From NCBI GenBank assembly GCA_963728405.1, contig CAVSJV010000002.1, positions 160,001-224,000 of the forward strand: 64,000 nt of DNA, given 5' to 3'. The notes under the pieces are model-generated. The model was not told the DNA's origin. It was given only the letters and a program-made list of their open reading frames with translations, and searched no databases. Shown one piece after another: positions 56,375 through 64,000 of the stretch. Source of the stretch: Methanomassiliicoccaceae archaeon. Its GTDB lineage: Archaea > Thermoplasmatota > Thermoplasmata > Methanomassiliicoccales > Methanomassiliicoccaceae. The first letter of the stretch is position 1. Each line of letters begins with the position of its first letter. The translations under genes and the position numbers were made by a program.

Positions 56375-56905
56375 ATGACCGATCACTGGGCCCTTCGGAG
56401 GTTGTCCTATGGGATGTATATCGTCACCGCCAAGGATGGCGATCGCATTAATGGGCAGATGTCCAACAGCGTCTTCCAGGTGGCCTCGGACCCTCCCATC
56501 ATTTCTATCAGCATAAACAAGCAGAACGATACTCACGATATGATCGCCCGCGCTGGCGCCTTTGCCGTATCGGTTCTCGATATCACTGCCCCACTGACCC
56601 TGATCAGCATCTTCGGTTTCAAGCATGGAAGGGATATCGATAAGTTCAATGGGAGGGCCTACCGCCTTGGTAAGAATGGGGCTCCGATACTCACCATGAG
56701 CACCACCGCCTTCCTAGAAGCGTCGGTCCGTTCGTCGATCGATGCCGGGACCCATACTGTATTCCTGGGCGATATCACCGAGATGGGTTGCCTGGGGGAG
56801 GGCGAACCGATGACCTATGCATATTACTATCGCGAGCTCAAGGGCGTCACGCCGAGGTCCGCCCCGACCTATCGGGTCCCTGAACGGAAGGAAGCTAGGG
56901 TATGA
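56375..56905 (+). CDS. Flavin reductase-like protein
   Basis: SYGMYIVT, FQVASDPP, SGRD-like HGRDIDKF, GTHTVFLG, PMTYAYY, APTY. Confidence 0.85.
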   Translation: MTDHWALRRLSYGMYIVTAKDGDRINGQMSNSVFQVASDPPIISISINKQNDTHDMIARAGAFAVSVLDITAPLTLISIFGFKHGRDIDKFNGRAYRLGKNGAPILTMSTTAFLEASVRSSIDAGTHTVFLGDITEMGCLGEGEPMTYAYYYRELKGVTPRSAPTYRVPERKEARV

Positions 56906-57059
56906 GATGCCGTCTTCGTGATCTGAAGGAGATCTTCGAACAGGCCGGATCGAGCTGAGGCAGGAGGGCCGCAAGAAGGTCGAACGTACTTTCATGGGGT
57001 GGTCCGGTCCTTCGATCAAGGAGCACCTCGCCATGGGCCTGGAAGGCTTCATGGCCTAG
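56902..57059 (+). pseudogene. Degenerate small-protein gene
   Basis: ATG overlaps the upstream stop; MRCRLRDLKEIFEQAG, then a frameshift to IELRQEGRKKVER; resembles from memory a small conserved archaeal protein. Confidence 0.3.
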
Positions 57060-57127
57060 CTCAGACATCGTTAGAGCACGGGCAATGGAAAAGGATAAAG
57101 CCCCGGTTATGCAAATACTCCCGGGGA

Positions 57128-57607
57128 GTGGATAGGCTGGCCCTCCAAGATGTTCCCGGAACGATCGATAAGCTCAGAGCAAGTGTCCTGGAGGGGATCA
57201 GGGAGCAGGCGGGTGAGGGCGCGGATGCTCAAGCTCGTGCCCTCCTCGATTATGTGCAGGCTGTTATGTCGCCCGATCAGGCCACCGACCTGGCGATCTT
57301 CAAGGATCAGCTGGTCAGCCGCTCGATACCGTTCGTGCAGCAGTCGCTCAACCTGCCTGAGAAGCACCTCCGGCTGCTGGGGGTATCCCACCTATTGGCC
57401 AATATGTTACGCCCTGCGGTAGAGACCACTGAGGACGAGTACATTACCACCCGGTTCGAGGAATTGGCCGAGAGGCTCTCTTGCCTGGAACGGGTCGAGG
57501 TGGCAAATCCCTCCCTCGACAACCGCCTGATGAGCATATATGGGGGCTTCGTGGAGCTGGCCAGCGCCCTTGGCCTTACCGCCTGCGACGCTCTATGTCT
57601 TCTATGA
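57128..57607 (+). CDS. Hypothetical helical protein
   Basis: Clean ORF from GTG, host-like codons, directly upstream of the hemerythrin-PAS gene. Confidence 0.6.
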   Translation: MDRLALQDVPGTIDKLRASVLEGIREQAGEGADAQARALLDYVQAVMSPDQATDLAIFKDQLVSRSIPFVQQSLNLPEKHLRLLGVSHLLANMLRPAVETTEDEYITTRFEELAERLSCLERVEVANPSLDNRLMSIYGGFVELASALGLTACDALCLL

Positions 57608-57645
57608 GGGAAAATAGTTAGCCATCAAACTCCCAATCCTTAGTC

Positions 57646-58872
57646 ATGGACCATTCGTTCGTTGGCATCGGCACATCATTCAAGGACCGGGTCAGGATCC
57701 TGGTCGAAAAACTCAAACAGGGCGATAAAGAATTGCTGGATGAAGGTTTTAGGGATGTTCTGGAGGATACGGACCCATTCCAGCTCGAGGAGGCAGAGGT
57801 AGAGCTCATCGAGGAGGGATTGAGCAGGGATGATCTCCTGCTGCTGTGTGATGCCCGGATCGGGCTTTTCGACGAGGTCAGCGAGGACGAGGAGACCTAT
57901 CTGGAGAGGCCTGGGCATCCTATTCACACGCTAATGGAGGAGCATCGTCACATCCTGAAGTTCATGAAGGACGTCAGGGACCTGGCTGGAGCGCTTCGGA
58001 CCGGGGGTCCGCCGGACATCGGGGATCGCATGACCCTCATCGAGGTGGAACCCTTCATCAAAGAGGCCCAGAAACATTTCCAGCGGGAGGAGAACGTTTT
58101 GTTCCCATACATGGAGAAACATGGCATCGAGGGGCCGCCGGCGGCAATGTGGTCCGAGCATGAGGTCCTGAGGGCGAACGAGAAGGAACTCCTCTCCCTC
58201 ATTGGCCGGCAGCGCTACATGGACCAGGGGGAGTTCGCCGCCAACCTAGAATGCCAGGCCGCCATGCTGCTGTCCCTGCTGAACGCCCACTTTCACAAGG
58301 AGAATCATGTCCTGTTCCCCATGTCAATAAGGATACTCGACGTGCATGAATGGAACGATGCCCGCAAACAGTTCGACGAGATAGGGTGTTGCAATTTCGT
58401 CCCTCATCACGCTGCCATTGACCTCGTCCCCCTGACGGTGGCCGAGGTTCCCCCGTCCAAGGGCCAGGAGATCGTCCTTCCCACTGGTCGATTCACCATC
58501 GATGAGCTCGAGATGGTCCTGAACAAGTTGCCGGTGGACTTCACATTCGTGGACGATCAGGACCGGGTCCGTTATTACTCCCGTTCGCCGGAACGCATCT
58601 TCGTTCGCACCCCGGCGGTGATCGGAAGGGCGGTGCAGAACTGCCATCCGCAGGCCAGTGTCCACATCGTACAGCGGATAATGGATGAGTTCAAGGCCGG
58701 CACGCGGGACCTGGCGGAGTTCTGGATAGAGGTGCAGGGCAGGTTCATACACATCCGATACTTCCCGCTGCGAGACAAGCAGGGCAAGTACCAGGGAGTC
58801 ATGGAGATGACCCAGGACATCACCGCGATAAGAAAGCTGGAAGGCGAGAAGAGGCTATTGGACGAAAAGTAG
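57646..58872 (+). CDS. DUF438 / hemerythrin / PAS protein
   Basis: GHPIHTLMEEH, HFQREENVLFP, MWSEH, HFHKENHVLFP; PAS LPVDFTFVD..IGRAVQNCHP. Confidence 0.88.
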   Translation: MDHSFVGIGTSFKDRVRILVEKLKQGDKELLDEGFRDVLEDTDPFQLEEAEVELIEEGLSRDDLLLLCDARIGLFDEVSEDEETYLERPGHPIHTLMEEHRHILKFMKDVRDLAGALRTGGPPDIGDRMTLIEVEPFIKEAQKHFQREENVLFPYMEKHGIEGPPAAMWSEHEVLRANEKELLSLIGRQRYMDQGEFAANLECQAAMLLSLLNAHFHKENHVLFPMSIRILDVHEWNDARKQFDEIGCCNFVPHHAAIDLVPLTVAEVPPSKGQEIVLPTGRFTIDELEMVLNKLPVDFTFVDDQDRVRYYSRSPERIFVRTPAVIGRAVQNCHPQASVHIVQRIMDEFKAGTRDLAEFWIEVQGRFIHIRYFPLRDKQGKYQGVMEMTQDITAIRKLEGEKRLLDEK

Positions 58873-58877
58873 TTCGG

Positions 58878-58898
58878 GCGGGGGGCAGGGCCCCCCGC
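58878..58898. terminator. GC hairpin directly after the hemerythrin-PAS gene
   Basis: Perfect 9-bp stem GCGGGGGGC-AGG-GCCCCCCGC. Confidence 0.45.
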
Positions 58899-59274
58899 TA
58901 GCGCATCCCAACGCTTCTGATGATACTACTTCGGCGGCCGGGGTATTTCAATCGACCGAACTGATTATCCTTTCTGATTGTCATTGCAAGGTCGATGTTT
59001 GCAGTACCCATCATCCGTGAGGCGGAGATGCTTGATCTCTTTCCTTCCGATGTTGGTCGGTGCCTTCGTTCTCCCGCCATCCATCCTGCTTCAGGTCTTG
59101 CGGAGAACGATGCCCTCCGCCCCATTCTGTGGGGGCCATCAGAGAGGGAGCGAAAGCTTGAGACGACGAGTACTTCCTTGGTCATCCAGAACCATTGAGA
59201 ATGCACAGCGGCTCCCCCAGGGGCCGTCATGGATCATGCTCGTGCAACTGCGTACAACGGTTGTTCTTTGCTCA

Positions 59275-59619
59275 TCAAGGAATGGTAGCTTTCTCAAGAG
59301 AATACAATCTGATGTTCGATCTACCGCCCTTCTCTTTCAACATCATGCTGATATCGTTCTTGACGTTGCTAGGGGCTAGGATCACTACACAATGCCCCTC
59401 CTCTATCAGATTGTTAAACTCTTCTATGGCTTCCGGTCGCTTCCAGCTCGTCTCCGATTCGATGAACTCGAACCCTATGACACTGAAGTCGTATTCAGTG
59501 TAAAGAACGACACCCCACTGCCCATACTCGCCCTCCTGGATGATGTAGTCGATAGACATATCCGGATGTCGCTTCCGAATGTTCTTGACCCGTTCTTCGA
59601 CCAGGGCTTCGATGTTCAT
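59275..59619 (-). CDS. Uncharacterised 114-aa alpha/beta protein (paralogue of 60086..60442)
   Basis: GFEFIESETSWKRPEAIEEF..VVILAP. Confidence 0.72.
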   Translation of the reverse strand: MNIEALVEERVKNIRKRHPDMSIDYIIQEGEYGQWGVVLYTEYDFSVIGFEFIESETSWKRPEAIEEFNNLIEEGHCVVILAPSNVKNDISMMLKEKGGRSNIRLYSLEKATIP

Positions 59620-59665
59620 TAGCTTTCTCTTGGTGTTTGTAATATTAATTGGTTGCTATAGAACA

Positions 59666-59990
59666 ATGGCGACCCCACAGTTAAGAAAGAGACAGCGCAT
59701 TCGGACGAACGAGTTGCCATAGACGGTACGAAGATCGAAGCGGAGGGTCGAGCGCGGCGCGCCCCGATATCGACCTAACGATCGAAGCACATATTCATGC
59801 AGCATAATCTGCCTGTGCTCGTCGTATTGCGAGTTTGTCGGCATGGTCGAGACGATGACCGCGCTGCCGGACGAGCTGTACATTGACGGGTTGCTGCCCT
59901 TTACCACGCTTCACAAGTTCTCGCTGCTGCTCGAATCACATATGCTGGACGGCTTACTGGCCACGATCGCTTCGCCCGTCGTCGGGAACA
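59666..59990 (+). mobile_element. Degraded N-terminal remnant of an IS5-like archaeal transposase
   Basis: SKHIFMQHNLPVLVVLR (59782) and, in another frame, YCEFVGMVETM..PFTTLHKF match the remembered consensus SKxTYTQHQLLVLL..PHFTTLQKF; no DDE core. Confidence 0.5.
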
Positions 59991-60085
59991 ACGTGCACAC
60001 TAGCATCGCTCGACCGGCATCGGTCAGAAAATTTTCGTCCATTAAAGGCAACGATTATTAACTTATGATCGACGATGGGGTGATC

Positions 60086-60442
60086 ATGACCGTCGAGGAC
60101 GTGACCAGGGCTAGGAAGAAGCTCCTTGAGGCCAGCGCCCCCCATATGGCCTTTGAGGACGACTACATGGACACCGAAGAGGGGACCAGGGGGCTGGTCC
60201 GGATCATGGGTCCGGGAGGGAATGTTGCAGGCCTCGAGTTCATCGAACCGGAGGAGTTCTGGGCCGATCCCGACGCGGTGGAAGAATATGCTGAGACCTT
60301 AGGGGATGGTGTGCATGTGACGGTCATCGTGCCCGAAGGAGAGAAGGGCGACGCAGAAGAGCTATTGCATCAAGAGGTCGGAAAGGCAGTGGAGGTTCTG
60401 ACCTATGGTGACATCGGCTCGCCCCTCTCCTTCCGACCTTGA
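60086..60442 (+). CDS. Uncharacterised acidic 118-aa protein (paralogue of 59275..59619)
   Basis: SD-like GGGGTGA; GLEFIEPEEFWADPDAVEEY..VTVIVP. Confidence 0.75.
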   Translation: MTVEDVTRARKKLLEASAPHMAFEDDYMDTEEGTRGLVRIMGPGGNVAGLEFIEPEEFWADPDAVEEYAETLGDGVHVTVIVPEGEKGDAEELLHQEVGKAVEVLTYGDIGSPLSFRP

Positions 60443-60542
60443 ACGGTCCGGGGTCCCGGGACACCGGAACCCCCGATAGGCGAACCATTTTCGGGCAACC
60501 TGGGAACAGGTATTTATCACACATTGGGGTTTTTCAACCGAC

Positions 60543-61970
60543 ATGAGCGAGGATTGGACGGAGAAGTACCGGCCCTATGGGCTCGAGGACGTCGTGGGCA
60601 ATCCCAAGGCGGTCGAGGAGCTGAAGGCTTGGGCCGATGCCTGGGAGAACGGCCGGCCGTCCAAGCGGGCCGCAGTGCTCATCGGCACCCCCGGGACGGG
60701 GAAAACGAGCGCGGCCCTGGCCCTAGCCCGCGATTACAAATGGGACGTTCTGGAGATGAATGCCTCCGACCAGCGTAATGCTGACTCGATCAAGAACATC
60801 GCCCTCCGCGGCGCGCTGGGGGAAACGTTCTCGCCCACTGGCGAGTTCCTGTCCACCAAGGAAGGAAAGCTTAAACTGATCATATTGGACGAGGCGGACA
60901 ACATCAGCGGGCAGGAGGACCGGGGAGGCGTTCCGGCGATCGTCGAGCTGGTACGAACCACCAAGCAGCCGGTCATCCTCATCGTCAATGATTGGTACGG
61001 CCTCACGAAGAAAAGCTCGGTGTTGAAGTCGCAGACCGAGCAGATCAAGTTCGCTCGCATCAAGACGGTCACCGTGCGCGGTGTGCTCCGAAAGATCGCC
61101 AAGGACCAGGAGGTCAAAGTATCTGACCGGGCGCTCGAGCTACTGGCAGAGAGCTCCGGCGGGGACCTGCGCTCGGCCGTGAGGGACCTGCAGGCGGTGG
61201 CTACCGGCCGGCATGAGGTCAATGAGCTCGACACTACGGTGGTGGCGGCCCGTGAGGTCGAGAAGACCATGTACGGGGTCATGGATGACGTGTTCAAGTC
61301 CACCGATGCGAAAAAGGCCAGGAGCCAGATGTGGGACGTCGACGAACCTCCAGAGACCAAGTTGCTGTGGATCGAGGAAAACCTCCCCATCGCTTACCGC
61401 GAGCACCTGGACCTGTACCGCGGGATGATGGAGCTGGCCCGCGCGGCCACCTTCCTGGGCCGGGTCCAACGACGACAGCACTATGCGTTCTGGAGCTACG
61501 CTAGCGACTTTGTTTCCTTCGGGGTTTGTGCCGCCAAGCGCAAGGAGGTCCACGGTTACATCCGCTACAGCTTCCCCATGTACCTGATGAAGATGTCTCG
61601 GAGCAAGAGCAACAGGAACATTCAGAGTGCCATCTCGCTCAAGCTCGGAGGGGTCTGCCACCTCTCTTCGAAACAGGTCCGTCAGGACCTGCTGCCGTAC
61701 TTCAGATGGCTCTTCCAGAAGGACAAGGAGTTCCAGCTCAAGATGGCTATCGATCTGGAGTTGGAAGATGAAGAAGTAGCATTCCTACTGGGTGAGAAGA
61801 TCGACTCCAATGCAGTGAAGCATGTGATATCTGATGTCAAGCGGGTGCTCGAAGCGAAGGAGCAGCATATGGAAAGGGCCATCGAGCGTAAGCCCCCCAA
61901 GGTTGATGAGGGGCCTTCTTCGGCGGAAATGAAGCCCCAGCCCGCAGCTTCGCAGCGCACGTTGTTCTAG
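60543..61970 (+). CDS. rfcL: Replication factor C large subunit
   Basis: WTEKYRP, GTPGTGKTS, EMNASDQR, ILDEADN, GDLRSAVRDLQ, PIP box QRTLF. Confidence 0.95.
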   Translation: MSEDWTEKYRPYGLEDVVGNPKAVEELKAWADAWENGRPSKRAAVLIGTPGTGKTSAALALARDYKWDVLEMNASDQRNADSIKNIALRGALGETFSPTGEFLSTKEGKLKLIILDEADNISGQEDRGGVPAIVELVRTTKQPVILIVNDWYGLTKKSSVLKSQTEQIKFARIKTVTVRGVLRKIAKDQEVKVSDRALELLAESSGGDLRSAVRDLQAVATGRHEVNELDTTVVAAREVEKTMYGVMDDVFKSTDAKKARSQMWDVDEPPETKLLWIEENLPIAYREHLDLYRGMMELARAATFLGRVQRRQHYAFWSYASDFVSFGVCAAKRKEVHGYIRYSFPMYLMKMSRSKSNRNIQSAISLKLGGVCHLSSKQVRQDLLPYFRWLFQKDKEFQLKMAIDLELEDEEVAFLLGEKIDSNAVKHVISDVKRVLEAKEQHMERAIERKPPKVDEGPSSAEMKPQPAASQRTLF

Positions 61971-61978
61971 GAGCTTCC

Positions 61979-62908
61979 ATGACCACCGATCTTAACCGGA
62001 CGAGGGAGAAGCAACAGTACAAGATGCATGGCGGCCACGCCGCGGTTAAGCTCTGCCACTGGATGCAGCAGAGCCTGCTCAAGGGGCGGCCGTGCTACAA
62101 GCAGGAGTTCTACGGCATCAGATCGCATCGATGCCTTCAGATGACCCCCGTGGTGGACCAATGCACTCACAACTGCCTGTTCTGCTGGCGGGTGCAGGGC
62201 TTCGATCGCAAAGAGGAGCAGTGGCGCGAACCGGAGGAGGTGCTGGACGCCTGCATCGCCGAACAGAAAAAGCTAGTATCTGGGTTCGGTGGCGACGCCC
62301 GTTGCAGTAAGGAGATGTGGAATGAGTCCAGGGAACCGAGGCAGGTGGCAATATCACTGTCCGGCGAGCCGACCATGTATCCTTACCTGGGAGAGTTCAT
62401 CCGGACCTGCCACCGCCGTGGGATGACCACCTTCCTGGTGACCAATGGGACCTTCCCGGAGGTACTGGAAAAGCTCGATCCTCTGCCTACCCAGCTCTAT
62501 GTGACGGTCGCTGCTCCCAATGAGGAGGTGTATAAGCGCCTATGCGTTCCGCGCATCCCCGACGGCTGGGAACGATTGATGAAGACCCTTGAGCTATTCC
62601 CTTCGTTAGGCACCAGAACGGTCATCCGGCATACTCTGGTCAAGGACTGGAACATCGGCTGGGAGGATGATTATGCCAAGCTGGACGAGATGGCCGCCCC
62701 CATGTTCATCGAACCCAAGGGTTACGTATTCGTTGGCGATTCCCGTCGGCGCATGAGCATCGATAACATGCCGTCCCACGCTCAGATCGCTGAATTCTCT
62801 AAAAGACTAGGGGACCGCCTGGGAATGGAGGTCCTGAAAGAAAGAAAGGACAGCCGGGTGCTGCTGCTGGGCCGGCCAGGAGCGCAGGTCCAGATACCTG
62901 GCCTCTGA
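61979..62908 (+). CDS. taw1: 4-demethylwyosine synthase (radical SAM, Tyw1/Taw1)
   Basis: AVKLCHW, CYKQEFYGIRSHRCLQMTP, CTHNCLFCWR, AISLSGEP, EPKGYVFVG. Confidence 0.95.
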   Translation: MTTDLNRTREKQQYKMHGGHAAVKLCHWMQQSLLKGRPCYKQEFYGIRSHRCLQMTPVVDQCTHNCLFCWRVQGFDRKEEQWREPEEVLDACIAEQKKLVSGFGGDARCSKEMWNESREPRQVAISLSGEPTMYPYLGEFIRTCHRRGMTTFLVTNGTFPEVLEKLDPLPTQLYVTVAAPNEEVYKRLCVPRIPDGWERLMKTLELFPSLGTRTVIRHTLVKDWNIGWEDDYAKLDEMAAPMFIEPKGYVFVGDSRRRMSIDNMPSHAQIAEFSKRLGDRLGMEVLKERKDSRVLLLGRPGAQVQIPGL

Positions 62909-63385
62909 TCAGAGCTTCTTGCTCAGGTGCAAGGTCTCGACGTGATAACCACGGGACCCGTAGAGACCGAGCGCCTTACTATTCCCGCCGCCGGCGTTCA
63001 GCCAGATCTCTTCGGTCTCTTGGGTTTTAGCCCATTCCTCGGCCTGGCCGTCAACCTCTTGGTTAATCCCTGGCCCCGGAGTTCGGGGGACCATATACAT
63101 TTCCATCAACCAGGCTTTGTGCTCCTCGTCGCGGAAGGGCATGCTCATGGTGATCCAAACGAGCCCCACCCGCTTGCCGTCCCTCAAGGTCGGGGTGACC
63201 TTCTCGGGCTTTTTGGCCTGACAGTGGAAACGGTCGAAATCGGCCTTTGCCCTTTCCTTCAAGGTCTCAAGATCGGAGGCGGCCGCCCACTCTGAGGTCA
63301 GGGTCGTCGTCATGCTCTCGACCAAGGCGCTCAGCACTCAGTCAAGATCGCTGTTCTCAAGGTCTCGATAGGTCGCCCCTACCAT
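62909..63385 (-). pseudogene. GNAT acetyltransferase, disrupted
   Basis: ATG 63385 MVGATYRDLENSDLD, in-frame TGA at 63338-63340, scrambled motif A, intact NSKALGLY..GY. Confidence 0.6.
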
Positions 63386-63398
63386 GACCTTCGCGCCC

Positions 63399-64000
63399 TC
63401 ACTTCATCCTGATGGTCTCGAGGTTCATCGGGGCCCTTGTTTCCACGTTGAACTTCTTGTAGATCGAGGAGGCCAGGTCGGCGCACTTGTGCTCTTCACC
63501 ATGGCCGATGATTATCCTTTCCGGCTTGGGGTCCAGGGAGGCGACGTACGCCATCAGCTGCCGTCGATCGCTGTGACCCGAGAACCCGTCGGCGTTCTCG
63601 ATGTTCAGTTTGATCTTAACTGTAATGGGTCTGCCCCTCTCACTGAGCTGTAGTTCGCTCCAGCCCCTCTGGATCTTGCTGCCCAGGGTACCTTCGGCCT
63701 GGTATCCAACGAACACTAGGGAATTCTTGGGGTCGTCCGCCCAGTTCTTGAGGTACTCCAAGACCGGTCCGCCGTTCATCATCCCGCCCGTGGCGAGGAC
63801 AATGCAGGATTCGGTATCATGGCAGATGCGCTCTCTCATCTCCTGGGTCTCTACCCTCTTGAAGTTCGAGGCCAGGAAGGGGTTCTGTCCCATCTGGAAG
63901 ATCTGGGTCCTTAACTGCGAGTTCAGGTACTCGGGATAGGCCGTATGGATGGCAGTAGCCTCCCAGATCATGCCGTCCAGATAGATGGGCACGGTGGGCA
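63399..64000 (-). CDS. fttA: beta-CASP ribonuclease aCPSF1 / FttA (3' part)
   Basis: YLDGMIWEATAIHTAYPEYL, GMMNGGP, FVGYQAEGTLG, GFSGHSD, GHGE, NLETIR. Confidence 0.93.
   Translation of the reverse strand, partial: PTVPIYLDGMIWEATAIHTAYPEYLNSQLRTQIFQMGQNPFLASNFKRVETQEMRERICHDTESCIVLATGGMMNGGPVLEYLKNWADDPKNSLVFVGYQAEGTLGSKIQRGWSELQLSERGRPITVKIKLNIENADGFSGHSDRRQLMAYVASLDPKPERIIIGHGEEHKCADLASSIYKKFNVETRAPMNLETIRMK

Noticed and set aside
58898-59230. 110-aa minus-strand ORF
   Set aside because: Atypical composition, no motif, competing ORFs in other frames.
63338-63340. Selenocysteine TGA in the GNAT gene
   Set aside because: Not a catalytic Cys position, likely TGG to TGA, and the gene has further lesions.

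Overview
Archaeal chromosomal window, most likely a Methanomassiliicoccales-type Thermoplasmata (inferred from the rpo7-spt4-DUF359-rps24e-rps27ae block, archaeal MAT, FEN1, RFC-L, Taw1, aCPSF1, AcnX, and DUF835/KaiC-type proteins). It holds about 60 genes: housekeeping genes, a KaiC pair followed by a phosphate/polyphosphate/pyrophosphate cluster, an intron-containing tRNA-Arg(CCG) followed by a bacterial-type katG, stress genes (otsA, aqpZ, USP), and transporters. More than a dozen single-base frameshifts hit even essential genes (ileS, dys), so most are probably long-read indel errors. The best novelty candidates are: (1) an IleRS carrying a ~345-aa in-frame tail of two HhH modules, a Zn ribbon and a DUF835 (inactive KaiC-like) domain; (2) a seven-gene SPFH / Zn-ribbon / NfeD membrane-scaffold cluster resembling Bacillus ydjGI but with three YdjG-like paralogues and no recognisable PspA; (3) an AcnX small subunit-Nudix fusion; (4) a divergent pair of uncharacterised paralogues flanking an IS remnant; (5) a structured leader upstream of yyaL. 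All family calls come from motif recognition by eye; no searches were run.
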